From: Gammaproteobacteria bacterium | GTDB taxonomy: Bacteria > Pseudomonadota > Gammaproteobacteria > SZUA-229 | Direction: 5' to 3' | NCBI GenBank assembly: GCA_029881795.1 | Contig: JAOULX010000014.1 | Span: 5,209-69,208 of the forward strand | DNA: 64,000 nt | Shown here: piece after piece, positions 46,249 to 57,000 of the stretch | Position numbering within the stretch: the stretch's first letter is position 1 | How the letters are laid out: each line of letters begins with the position of its first letter | Program-made: the position numbers and the translations under genes | The notes under the pieces: model-generated | What the model was told of the DNA's origin: nothing | The model's input: only the letters and a program-made list of their open reading frames with translations | The model's database searches: none

Positions 46249-47082
46249 CTAGTTCCAGCCCAGTAAGAAAAGCACAGCTATAGTGGCCAGCCAGAAAATC
46301 ATACTGCGCAGTACTAAACCGCGGTAGGCACTTAAATAGGCTGCTTTGTCATTACTGTCGTTGCCTTCGAGGGCACCGAGACAGATATCAATGAGCAGAT
46401 ACTGGCCGCTCCTGTCGGTTTCCTTGTTCTCTTTAAAGGCAGCCAGAGCGCCTTCAAAATGGCCGGTAATGGCAAAACTGATGGCAAGAAAACGCTCGGG
46501 CAGCCAGTTTAAAAGCTCGCTCATGCGTTCAGCCGATTTGGAGAAAATAGGATCATCGCGATAGATGCTGAGAAATTGCTGGCTCAGGCGGTAGAGCAGC
46601 GCACCGGCAGGACCCAATATGGCAAACCAGAAAATAACACCGAATAAGCGTTCGGTCATCAGGTTCAGGGTTGAGCTGAGGCATAGTTGCAGACTGTTTT
46701 CATCGTTGACCGTTGAGTCGCCGCTAAGATCCTCAATAATGGCGTGGGCTGCCGCAGGCTGGCCATCACGAAATGCACTGATGATCTGATCGATCTGCTG
46801 TTCAATGTTTTGCGTGCCCAGACAATAAACAAAGACGACGAAAGCAAACAACAAAGAGAGCGGTGTAAACCAGCCGCTGCTAAGGTTCTGAATAAATAGC
46901 GTAGCCAGTATTGGTATAGCCAGTAGCGCCAGATATCGGGCTGTCGGGTTATGCAGATGTGGCTCTGTTTTTTCAAGCACGCTGTGACTGAGTTTGCTAA
47001 ACCAGCCAAACTGACGCCATTGTGCCAGCGTATTCCAGCGGCGATCAAGAAAGAGCCCCAGAATAATGGATATGAGTGCCAT
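46249..47082 (-). CDS. ampE: AmpE-like membrane protein
   Basis: 277-aa polytopic protein directly downstream of ampD, with an AmpE-like N-terminus (LISIILGLFLDRRW). Confidence 0.6.
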   Translation of the reverse strand: MALISIILGLFLDRRWNTLAQWRQFGWFSKLSHSVLEKTEPHLHNPTARYLALLAIPILATLFIQNLSSGWFTPLSLLFAFVVFVYCLGTQNIEQQIDQIISAFRDGQPAAAHAIIEDLSGDSTVNDENSLQLCLSSTLNLMTERLFGVIFWFAILGPAGALLYRLSQQFLSIYRDDPIFSKSAERMSELLNWLPERFLAISFAITGHFEGALAAFKENKETDRSGQYLLIDICLGALEGNDSNDKAAYLSAYRGLVLRSMIFWLATIAVLFLLGWN

Positions 47083-47168
47083 ATAGTTATTATTGTCCTG
47101 TTTTGTTTGCAGATGGTTTTAAATCATTTTACTGGATCGCAGCCTTGCTGTGAATCAAATGAGAGAAA

Positions 47169-47738
47169 TCAACAGGACTCAAAGGCATCGATATCGAGCA
47201 TTTGCTTTAGTCTGTCCCAGTCAAACGATTGACCGGGGTCGGTTTTTCGCCCCGGTGCAATATCGCAGTGACCGGTAATACGCTGTTTGGACAGAGCAGG
47301 GTAGCTCGCCACCAGCGTATTCAGTAGATCGGCCAGCACGGAGTATTGAATATCCTCATAGGCAATGTCATCGGTGCCCTCGAGTTCAATGCCGATAGAA
47401 AAGTCGTTGCAGCCGGTCTGGTTTTGATAACTGGAAACCCCAGCATGCCAGGCTCGTTGCTGAAATGGGACAAACTGAAAAATTTCACCATTACGGCGGA
47501 TGAATAAATGCGAGGACACTCGCAGTTCACAAATGCTGGCAAAATAGGGGTCAGCATCTGCCGGTAAAGTGTTGGTAAACAAGGCGCTAACCCAGTTATC
47601 CTCAAAGCGGGCAGGTGGCAGACTGATATTGTGCAACACGATCAGACTGGTTGGCTGATCATTGCTGCGATCATCCTGATTGGGTGAGGCGATATAAGTG
47701 GCACGATCAAGTAAGCCGGTGGCTGTGTTTATCTTCAT
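47169..47738 (-). CDS. ampD: 1,6-anhydro-N-acetylmuramyl-L-alanine amidase
   Basis: Amidase_2 motifs VLHNISLPP, SSHLFIRR.GEI.QFV....RAWHAG.S, GHCDIAPGRKTDPG. Confidence 0.85.
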   Translation of the reverse strand: MKINTATGLLDRATYIASPNQDDRSNDQPTSLIVLHNISLPPARFEDNWVSALFTNTLPADADPYFASICELRVSSHLFIRRNGEIFQFVPFQQRAWHAGVSSYQNQTGCNDFSIGIELEGTDDIAYEDIQYSVLADLLNTLVASYPALSKQRITGHCDIAPGRKTDPGQSFDWDRLKQMLDIDAFESC

Positions 47739-47743
47739 TTGCG

Positions 47744-48085
47744 TTAGGGGGCCTCTTCAGCAGCTTGTTGACTGGCAACAGTGATGGCATTGAGAATGCT
47801 TGCGCTGCGCGCTTCAGCGTGTATTTCTGCATGGTATTGGCCCTGTTTGAATAGAAACAGGGCGGGTAAATGAAAAACCTCGTATTCAGCCAGCAGCGCC
47901 TGTTCGTGGACCGCATCGACGTTAAATATTGTCAAATCGGCAGGTGTTATCATTTCAGTCAGTAGCTGACTGAGATGCCGACAGGATGAACAGCTCGGTG
48001 CTGTAAAATAGACCAGGCTTAGCCCCGGGGTGTTTTCGATGACGGCATAAAAATCAAATTGTGTGAGTGGCTGTATAGATGGCAT
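47744..48085 (-). CDS. thioredoxin-fold protein with CSSC motif
   Basis: 113 aa with VYFTAPSCSSCRHL, VFHLPALFLF. Confidence 0.6.
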   Translation of the reverse strand: MPSIQPLTQFDFYAVIENTPGLSLVYFTAPSCSSCRHLSQLLTEMITPADLTIFNVDAVHEQALLAEYEVFHLPALFLFKQGQYHAEIHAEARSASILNAITVASQQAAEEAP

Positions 48086-48209
48086 ACGGCAGTTTTGCTT
48101 AAAAGTTAGCGGGATGCAAGCGCCGTTTAGGCCGATAAAGAGACGTACAATGACAGCTGTTTTAGATACAATAGCAGGCTTCGCGTGTTATGAATTGGTG
48201 TCTTAATTA

Positions 48210-50216
48210 GTGTCTTCCGGAATGAATCCCGAACAACGGGAAGCGGTAAAATATATTGATGGGCCATTGCTGGTGCTGGCCGGTGCGGGTAGCGGTAAAA
48301 CACGCGTTATTACCCGAAAAATCGCCTATTTAGTACAGGAATGTGGCATTAAAGCCGCACATATTGCTGCCCTGACGTTTACTAATAAAGCCGCGCGGGA
48401 GATGAAAAGCCGGGTTAATGAACAGCTTAGCGGTACCAATACACGGGGCCTGATCGTCTCTACCTTCCATAATCTCGGGCTCAACATCTTACGCCGTGAA
48501 TATCAGGCTGCGGATTTAAAGCAGGGATTCAGTATCTTTGACAGCACCGATGTACAAACTGTGATTCGTGAGCTGCAGCGTGCCGAAACCGGCAGTAATG
48601 TTGATGATGCCGAGGTGATTTCGCAGCGAATTTCGCGCTGGAAAAATGATTTTATTACTCCTGAGCAAGCGTTATACGGCGCAGAAACCGATCAGGATGC
48701 CTTTTTTGCCAGCTTCTATATCAAATATCAGCGTCAGTTACATGCCTATAATGCGGTGGACTTTGATGACCTGATTATGAAGCCGGTACAGTTGTTTAAG
48801 CAGCATTTGGACGTCTTACTACGCTGGCGTCGTAAAATACATTATTTACTGGTGGATGAGTATCAGGATACCAACGCCAGCCAGTATGAAATGCTTAAAC
48901 TCATCATCGGTACCGAATCACGGCTCACAGCGGTAGGCGATGACGATCAGTCGATTTATGCCTGGCGTGGAGCGCGACCTGAAAATATTGAACAATTAAA
49001 TAAAGATTATCCGCAGTTGCGGGTAGTGAAACTGGAACAAAATTACCGCTCAACCGGGCGAATTTTAAAAGCGGCTAATCAGCTGATTCGGGTGAATCCG
49101 CATACATTTGAAAAACGACTGTGGAGTGAACTCGGTTACGGCGACCCGATCCGGGTGATTGAATGCAGTAGTGGAGAAGGTGAAGCTGAGCGGGTCGTGA
49201 TGGAATTGCAGTCACATAAATTCCAGAAAAGTACTCAGTTTAAAGATTATGCGATTTTATATCGCGGTAACTTTCAGTCGCGTTTATTCGAGCGGTATTT
49301 ACGAGAACTCGGTATACCTTATGTTATCAGTGGTGCCTTGTCGTTCTTTGAACGTTCCGAAGTTAAAGATATCATGGCCTACCTGCGGCTGTTATCTAAT
49401 CCGGATGATGACACAGCTTTCCTGCGTATAGTGAATACACCACGCCGGGAAATTGGTCCGGCAACGCTGGAAAAACTCGGTAAATACGCAAGTGATCGCT
49501 CCATTAGCATGCTGGCTGCGTGTACAGAATTTGGTATCAGAGAATTGTTTAGCGAGCGCATACTGAGCAAATTAAACAGCTTTGCAAACTGGGTAGGTGC
49601 GACAACAGAGGCCACAGAAAGAGATAACCCGGTTCAGGTTGTGCGATCGATGGTGGAAGAAATTGGTTACGAGCTGTGGTTGTTTGAACAGTGCAAGGAT
49701 GATAAAAAAGCCGAAAGAAGAATGAAAAACGTCACTGAGGTGCTGGACTGGTTACAGCGTATCAAGGATAAAGATAAAGGTGAAAGTCTCGGTGAAATGG
49801 TCGCCCATATGTGCCTGATGGATATTCTGGAACGAAATAATGAAGAGCAGGATCTGGATGCGGTGTCACTGATGACCTATCATGCAGCAAAAGGGCTTGA
49901 GTTCCCGAATGTGTTTATGGTTGGGGTCGAGGAAGAGCTGCTGCCTCACAGTAGCAGTATTATGGAAGACAATATAGAAGAAGAGCGCAGACTAACCTAT
50001 GTAGGTATTACCAGAGCACAGCGTAATCTGACAATAACCTATGCCAAAAAGCGAAATCGATACGGTGAATCGGTCGAATGTGAGCCCAGTCGTTTTCTAC
50101 AGGAACTGCCGGAAGATGACTTGGAGTGGACCGGTGGCGGTCGGGAACTGGATGCAGAAACCAGTAAAAAGCGTGCCCGCGATCATCTGGATATGATGAA
50201 AAATATGTTCCAGTAA
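48210..50216 (+). CDS. rep: ATP-dependent DNA helicase Rep
   Basis: SF1 motifs AGAGSGKTRV, TFTNKAAREM, LLVDEYQDTN, YRS, VSLMTYHAAKGLEF, YVGITRA. Length is Rep-like (668 aa). ATG 48222 is an alternative start. Confidence 0.88.
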   Translation: MSSGMNPEQREAVKYIDGPLLVLAGAGSGKTRVITRKIAYLVQECGIKAAHIAALTFTNKAAREMKSRVNEQLSGTNTRGLIVSTFHNLGLNILRREYQAADLKQGFSIFDSTDVQTVIRELQRAETGSNVDDAEVISQRISRWKNDFITPEQALYGAETDQDAFFASFYIKYQRQLHAYNAVDFDDLIMKPVQLFKQHLDVLLRWRRKIHYLLVDEYQDTNASQYEMLKLIIGTESRLTAVGDDDQSIYAWRGARPENIEQLNKDYPQLRVVKLEQNYRSTGRILKAANQLIRVNPHTFEKRLWSELGYGDPIRVIECSSGEGEAERVVMELQSHKFQKSTQFKDYAILYRGNFQSRLFERYLRELGIPYVISGALSFFERSEVKDIMAYLRLLSNPDDDTAFLRIVNTPRREIGPATLEKLGKYASDRSISMLAACTEFGIRELFSERILSKLNSFANWVGATTEATERDNPVQVVRSMVEEIGYELWLFEQCKDDKKAERRMKNVTEVLDWLQRIKDKDKGESLGEMVAHMCLMDILERNNEEQDLDAVSLMTYHAAKGLEFPNVFMVGVEEELLPHSSSIMEDNIEEERRLTYVGITRAQRNLTITYAKKRNRYGESVECEPSRFLQELPEDDLEWTGGGRELDAETSKKRARDHLDMMKNMFQ

Positions 50217-50238
50217 GCGTCTGTTCGAAACCGGCTAA

Positions 50239-50733
50239 TCAGGCCGACTGTGATTCAGAATCTGGCTGAGTTATTTTTTGCCGGCTGATTTCTAACTGGC
50301 GTATGATTTTGGTAATTAATCGGCTACGGTCAAAGGGTTTGTTGATGAAATCACAGGCACCGAGTTTAAGTCCCCAGGCTTTGTCTGCTTCCTGGGTCGA
50401 GCTGCTGACAATAATAATGGGAATATGTGATGTTTCCGGGTGTCGGGTCAGGTAGCGGGTAGCCTGAAAACCGTTAACTTCAGGCATAACAATGTCCATT
50501 AAGATAAGACTTGGTTGATCTTTTTTTGCACGTAGAATTCCGTTCTTGCCATTATCGGCAGTGATTACAGTAAATCCAAATTCCTCAAGAGTTTTTGTAG
50601 AAGCAAACAGCTGGGTGCGTGAATCATCGACCACCAGAATAGTTTGACTTGCACGATTGAGTTTTAATTGAGAGTCGTTAAGCTCGGAAGCCTTGCCTTT
50701 ATTAAACCAGTTGCTAGGTATAAATCCTTTCAT
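50239..50733 (-). CDS. single-domain CheY-like response regulator with N-terminal extension
   Basis: ILVVDDS, LILMDIVMP (acceptor Asp), IPIIIVSS, FINKPF. PilG/PilH-like EADKAWGLKLGA segment. Confidence 0.8.
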   Translation of the reverse strand: MKGFIPSNWFNKGKASELNDSQLKLNRASQTILVVDDSRTQLFASTKTLEEFGFTVITADNGKNGILRAKKDQPSLILMDIVMPEVNGFQATRYLTRHPETSHIPIIIVSSSTQEADKAWGLKLGACDFINKPFDRSRLITKIIRQLEISRQKITQPDSESQSA

Positions 50734-50751
50734 GCTAATTTGTTAGATCCT

Positions 50752-51114
50752 TTATTCATCCGGGAAAGAGATAATAACAACAGGACGGTCGTTGTCATCA
50801 ATAAATGCATTCAGACTGAGGTTAACTGATTCTGCGCGTTCGTTAGGTTTGTCACTGGGGATACGTTGAATACGAAATTCGCACTGCACATCAGAAACAC
50901 GGTTTCTTAAAGCGCTTGAAGCCATAAACAATACATGGCGCAGTCGCTGTAAAACGGCAAGCTCATTACCGATACTGTGTATATCAATACAGTCACGCCA
51001 CACGGCATTGCTGACAAAGACCGGTCGATTAAAGTTAAACAGCTTTGCGGTGCTAGTTACTTCACGCAGCGATGAGGGCTGAGTTCCAAGGTTCAGGTTT
51101 TGTGTCGTCATCAT
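50752..51114 (-). CDS. hypothetical protein
   Basis: 120-aa ORF, 18 nt upstream of the response regulator gene. No motif recognised. Confidence 0.45.
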   Translation of the reverse strand: MMTTQNLNLGTQPSSLREVTSTAKLFNFNRPVFVSNAVWRDCIDIHSIGNELAVLQRLRHVLFMASSALRNRVSDVQCEFRIQRIPSDKPNERAESVNLSLNAFIDDNDRPVVIISFPDE

Positions 51115-51326
51115 AATAGGTTGCCTCTGCCTCAGAAAATTGTCTCCTAATTGTATAGATTAATATACGTAATTAGACCTGAGATATGATCTGACCGCAT
51201 CTTTGAAAATAAACCGTCTGTCGGAATGCTTGCGCTTCCACGATTGTATAATACGGGCTTACCCTTAAGCCTTTCTTAAAATCATCAACTTTAACGAGGT
51301 TGAGGCTAAAAGATTAATCAAGACAG

Positions 51327-52223
51327 TTATTCAGGGCTGGTAGGATGAGTTATCAGTTCGCCGGATAACTCAATCGAATCATCGATTCCAATGTAACTTT
51401 CGATACAGTTCTGAGCCTGTAAAAACAGGCTGTTCATTTCGTCAGTGAACAGTGCGGGATAAGAGATACCTTCGACCCAGCCATAAAGTGAAATTTTTAG
51501 CTGATCAGCGCTGCGAACATGGTGTTCTATATCGTAAGCAATTTTTTCATAGGTGTTGAGGGTGGGGCTTAATGACAGAGCTGAGAGTATCTCGGAGACT
51601 GCCGATATCCATTGTTGTGCTGATTCATCAAGACCCAGATCAGTGTGTCTCGGTGCTAGTCCGGGCTGATGCAGGCTATCGACCCATACTTTAAAGCTAC
51701 TCTGTTGCAGTGCGTGATATATTTCTGCTTCTGAAATCAGCATAACAAAAAGATTAGCGCTGTTTGCTAAGTATTCATTGCCATGGCTATTGCAAATTTT
51801 TGTGCTGATGAAACGGTGTAGATTGATCTGGTCTTTAAAGGCGGCAAGATGTAACTGATCAAGTATTAAAACGGTGGTTTCGGCCTCACTTAAAGCACAG
51901 GCTTCGATCAGCTTTTTTTCAAAACCATCCATTGGTTCTGCGTCGAGGATTTTTTCATCATTATCAAACTGGATGATAATCGGTGTTTTTTCATCAGAGC
52001 CAAATTCAAAGTAGCAGATGTTTTTATATTCAAGAGCCTGAGCCAAGGCATTGGCAAAAGCTGCTTTCCTGCGGCCGGGTTCGCCCTCGATATTAAGAGT
52101 TTTGATATGTCTTGCGCTGGCGTTGTTGATACAGCGTATGGCGTATTCATAATCTTTATGGCTGACAAAGCCATACTGTTCCATTCGTTGTTTTAAGCTG
52201 TGCATGTGATTAATAAAATACAA
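51327..52223 (-). CDS. hypothetical protein, degenerate MoxR-like AAA+ fold (inference)
   Basis: 298 aa. LNIEGEPGRRKAAFANALAQALEYKNICYFEF aligns by eye with the MoxR pattern LLEG.PG.GKT.LA.ALA.AL......I.F but lacks GKT. The Walker-B-like segment VLILDQLH lacks DE. Confidence 0.45.
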   Translation of the reverse strand: MYFINHMHSLKQRMEQYGFVSHKDYEYAIRCINNASARHIKTLNIEGEPGRRKAAFANALAQALEYKNICYFEFGSDEKTPIIIQFDNDEKILDAEPMDGFEKKLIEACALSEAETTVLILDQLHLAAFKDQINLHRFISTKICNSHGNEYLANSANLFVMLISEAEIYHALQQSSFKVWVDSLHQPGLAPRHTDLGLDESAQQWISAVSEILSALSLSPTLNTYEKIAYDIEHHVRSADQLKISLYGWVEGISYPALFTDEMNSLFLQAQNCIESYIGIDDSIELSGELITHPTSPE

Positions 52224-52254
52224 TCATCTTTAAAATTTAATCAGTAGCTCGGGA

Positions 52255-52743
52255 TCAATGGTGGTCAGTCTGACAAAAACGACGACGATAATCACGCAAT
52301 AAAATAAACAGCCAGGGCCAGATAAATGCTCCCGCTAATGACGGCAAAAAGTATAATGAAGTGTCGGGTGCGTTGTCGGTGATACCGCTGATCCAGAGTA
52401 CAATAAGCTGTTTTATTATCAATAAAATACCGATAAACATTGCCTGCTGCACCAGTGTGTAAACACGGATTCTTTGATACAGCTGCTGTACCAGAAAGAT
52501 CACGACAATCATGGCCAGCGCATGGTGACCCAGCAGAGTGCTTTGACTGACGTCCAGCAATAAGCCAAAAACAAAAGCAGTTGTAACTCCAATCGACATA
52601 GGTAGCGCCATAACCCAGTAGATCAAGACCAGTGTGAGCAAGTCGGGTCTGGCATAGTTTGCCCAGTCAGGTAATGGCAGCATGCTGAGCATTAAGGCTA
52701 GCAGCAGGCTTGTTATGATAGCTAAATAGGATCTGGAAATCAT
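52255..52743 (-). CDS. mreD: rod shape-determining protein MreD
   Basis: 162-aa polytopic protein, overlaps the mreC stop, conserved position. Confidence 0.8.
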   Translation of the reverse strand: MISRSYLAIITSLLLALMLSMLPLPDWANYARPDLLTLVLIYWVMALPMSIGVTTAFVFGLLLDVSQSTLLGHHALAMIVVIFLVQQLYQRIRVYTLVQQAMFIGILLIIKQLIVLWISGITDNAPDTSLYFLPSLAGAFIWPWLFILLRDYRRRFCQTDHH

Positions 52744-53660
52744 TGTTTAGTAGGGCTCTCAAGGCCATAGGTATCGGTCGGAGCATTATGCCATAGCATT
52801 AATACTTCACGGCTTTGTTCGAGTTTTGCAGAAGGCGTAATTTCTATATCGGCAAAGGTTTCACCGGCAGGTCTGCTAATCTTGCTGATAACGCCAACCG
52901 GATAATTAGGTGGAAAGCGCCCGCCCAGTCCTGAGCTTGAAACCACATCGCCGATCTTAATCTCGGCATTATGCGGAATAAATCGAAGCGACAGCATACT
53001 CGAGTCACCGGTACCAAAAACGGTGCCGCGCAGACCGGTACGGTTAATCTGTATCGGCACGGCATGGTTGCTGTCTGAAATCAGCATGACGGTTGAGGCG
53101 TGTGCTTCGACATGAATAATTTGTCCCATAATGCCATTGGCATCAATAATTGCTTGACCGATATAAGCGCCATCATCGCGGTCTTTGTTGATACTGATAA
53201 GGCGTTTGTAGGGATCCTGATCAACACTGAATATTTCTGCGATTAAAACCCGTTCACTGGTTTTCTTTGGTGTACCAAGTAATTTACGCAGCCGCTGGTT
53301 TTCGAGATCCAGCGTGTCCATTTTTTGAAGACGAGCCTGGTATAGCAGCTGGTCGAGTTTTAGTTGCTCATTTTCTTTGACCAGTTGTTCATGTGAGGTG
53401 AGTGACTGATTGGTAGACTCGAGGATTTCTGCCGGTATATTGATCACGTATTTTAACGGATAAATGAGGTTCGAAAGTGTGTGTCGAAATTTATCCAGAT
53501 GATGCCAGCGGTGATCGGCAACCATAAGAGCCACTGAAAAAATGATTAAGATGATTGTGCGCGCTAGCAGCGAGGCTCTGGTTTGGAACAGAGCGTTCAT
53601 TTCCACCATTTTTAATGGACTCTTAAGGTTATCAATTGGCTTTAAAAAGAGCCGGCTCAT
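52740..53660 (-). CDS. mreC: rod shape-determining protein MreC
   Basis: TM, coiled coil (ENEQLK..LENQRLRKLL) and beta-barrel motifs (GIMGQI, TSG.GG.FP.GYPVG). The true start may be Met 53609 or 53600. Confidence 0.85.
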   Translation of the reverse strand: MSRLFLKPIDNLKSPLKMVEMNALFQTRASLLARTIILIIFSVALMVADHRWHHLDKFRHTLSNLIYPLKYVINIPAEILESTNQSLTSHEQLVKENEQLKLDQLLYQARLQKMDTLDLENQRLRKLLGTPKKTSERVLIAEIFSVDQDPYKRLISINKDRDDGAYIGQAIIDANGIMGQIIHVEAHASTVMLISDSNHAVPIQINRTGLRGTVFGTGDSSMLSLRFIPHNAEIKIGDVVSSSGLGGRFPPNYPVGVISKISRPAGETFADIEITPSAKLEQSREVLMLWHNAPTDTYGLESPTKQ

Positions 53661-53690
53661 AAATCGAGCCGGTCATTAGTCAGTTATTAC

Positions 53691-54746
<1,056 letters not shown>

Positions 54747-55136
54747 CTAGCCTATGTTTTGAGCCTATCAATTTATTTATAAACCGTCTGAGTCTGATCG
54801 CTTCAAATGATCATACAGAATCTGGCTTTCAAGCTTGTTGATAGTGCTCGTGGTCGAGTATTGTTACAATTCATTATTATAGAGGTGTTCTGAAAAACTG
54901 CCTCATGAATATCCTAGTTAATTCGTATGATTTTGCAGGGATTTCCCCACAATGTCATTCTATTTTCTGACTGATTTAGTATATTCACCCGACACTCTAC
55001 CAAATCTTGGCTTTTTCACCAAACATCTGCCGACGATTGTGGTGTCGAAGTGGTATATATGGTAATTTTCGGCGGCTAGAATTGTTCTGATCAGATCACA
55101 CACGATCAGGCTTGGTATTAATTCTTGGAGAACAGC

Positions 55137-55424
55137 ATGTCCTTGGATGCAGAACAAGTGAAAAAAATCGCCCATTTGGCGCGAATTGAAATAAATGAGG
55201 CCGATATTCCCGGTTACGCCGCCACCTTATCGAATATTCTGGATCTGGTTGATCAGATGGCGGCTGTCAATACCGATGATGTCGAGCCAATGGCTCACCC
55301 GATGGACGCCAGTCAGCGTCTGCGGGCTGATGTGGTGACCGAAACCAATCAGCGTGAACAGTTCCAGTCCGTAGCGCCAAAGACTGAAGACGGATTATAT
55401 CTCGTACCACAAGTTATCGAATAA
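55137..55424 (+). CDS. gatC: Asp/Glu-tRNA(Asn/Gln) amidotransferase subunit C
   Basis: [13 protein letters not shown].....Y...L..IL.LV.QM. GGAG precedes ATG 55137 (ORF opens at TTG 55125). Confidence 0.9.
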   Translation: MSLDAEQVKKIAHLARIEINEADIPGYAATLSNILDLVDQMAAVNTDDVEPMAHPMDASQRLRADVVTETNQREQFQSVAPKTEDGLYLVPQVIE

Positions 55425-55450
55425 ACAGCAAGAGCTAACTGGAAAGAAAT

Positions 55451-56911
55451 ATGTATCACAATAAAACACTGGCTGAATTGTCTGCCATGTTGCAGGCCGG
55501 TGAAGTGACTAGTGTCGAACTGACGCAGCACTTTCTTGATCGTATTAAGTCGAAAGACGGTGACATCAACAGCTTTATCACGGTCACAGAAGAGCAGGCG
55601 TTGGCGCAGGCGAAAGCCGCAGATGAACGCATTGCAGCCGGTAATGGCGTTGCCCTGACGGGACTGCCATTTGCACAAAAAGATATTTTTTGTACTCAGG
55701 GCGTGCGCAGTAGCTGTGGCTCAAAAATGCTCGACAACTTTAATTCACCCTATGATGCAACCGTGGTCAGCAAATTAAAACAGGCCGGTGCAGTCATGCT
55801 GGGTAAAACCAATATGGATGAATTCGCCATGGGCTCATCCAACGAAACCAGTTTTTATGGCGCGGTAAAAAACCCCTGGGATTTGAAAAAAGTACCCGGT
55901 GGTTCATCCGGCGGCTCGGCTGCGGCGGTGGCGGCACGTCTGGCTCCGGCGGCAACCGGCACCGATACCGGCGGTTCAATTCGTCAGCCCGCTTCATTAT
56001 GTAACCTGACCGGTTTAAAACCGACCTATGGCCGTGTTTCTCGCTACGGCATGATCGCTTTTGCATCAAGCCTGGATCAGGCTGGTCCGATGGCAAGAAC
56101 AGCAGAAGACTGTGCATTACTGATGAACGCGATGGCGGGATTCGATGAAAAAGATTCAACTTCTATCGACAAGGAAGTACCGGATTACAGCGCCGGACTG
56201 AATCAGTCGGTAAAGGGTTTAAAGATCGGTTTGCCGAAAGAGTTTTTTGGTGAAGGGCTCGACCCAAAAGTTGCCGAATGTGTCGATGTCGCTATCCGCC
56301 AATACCAAGACATGGGGGCAGAAATTATAGATATTTCACTGCCAAACAGTGGCCTCTCAGTACCGGTTTATTACGTTGTCGCGCCGGCAGAATGCTCATC
56401 AAATTTGTCACGTATGGATGGTGTACGCTTCGGTCACCGTTGTGATGAGCCGAAGGACCTAGAAGACCTGTATAAGCGCTCGCGCGGAGAAGGCTTTGGT
56501 GAAGAAGTGAAACGCCGAATTTTAATCGGAACCTATGCCTTGTCTGCCGGTTATTACGATGCCTATTACATCAAGGCGCAAAAATTACGCCGCCTGATCA
56601 GTGATGATTTTAAACAAGCCTTCGAACAGGTTGATGTGATCATGGGGCCAACCTCACCCAATGTTGCTTTTAATATGGGTGAAAAATCTGATGATCCGGT
56701 ATCGATGTATCTGTCTGATATATACACGATTGCCGTGAATCTGGCCGGTTTGCCGGGCATGTCGATTCCGGCTGGTTTTGCCGATGAGATGCCGGTGGGG
56801 CTACAGCTTATCGGTAATTATTTTGAAGAATCACGACTGTTGAATGTGGCTCATGCCTATCAGCAACAAACAGATTGGCATCAGCGTTGCCCTTCAGGTT
56901 TTGAAGATTAA
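55451..56911 (+). CDS. gatA: Asp/Glu-tRNA(Asn/Gln) amidotransferase subunit A
   Basis: Amidase signature [14 protein letters not shown]....[12 protein letters not shown]. Confidence 0.93.
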   Translation: MYHNKTLAELSAMLQAGEVTSVELTQHFLDRIKSKDGDINSFITVTEEQALAQAKAADERIAAGNGVALTGLPFAQKDIFCTQGVRSSCGSKMLDNFNSPYDATVVSKLKQAGAVMLGKTNMDEFAMGSSNETSFYGAVKNPWDLKKVPGGSSGGSAAAVAARLAPAATGTDTGGSIRQPASLCNLTGLKPTYGRVSRYGMIAFASSLDQAGPMARTAEDCALLMNAMAGFDEKDSTSIDKEVPDYSAGLNQSVKGLKIGLPKEFFGEGLDPKVAECVDVAIRQYQDMGAEIIDISLPNSGLSVPVYYVVAPAECSSNLSRMDGVRFGHRCDEPKDLEDLYKRSRGEGFGEEVKRRILIGTYALSAGYYDAYYIKAQKLRRLISDDFKQAFEQVDVIMGPTSPNVAFNMGEKSDDPVSMYLSDIYTIAVNLAGLPGMSIPAGFADEMPVGLQLIGNYFEESRLLNVAHAYQQQTDWHQRCPSGFED

Positions 56912-57000
56912 GGTCTGAATAGCAATTAGTCGTTAAGTTAAGTATCGGCGGGGCGTTAAAGTCTCACGATTAAATAAACAATTTTTAGAGTGGAATAGCT

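Noticed and set aside
54960-55175. 71-aa minus-strand ORF in the mreB-gatC intergenic region.
   Set aside because: It overlaps the gatC start and SD, has no SD of its own and has an odd composition. It is probably spurious. The 387-nt region is more likely promoter and leader DNA.
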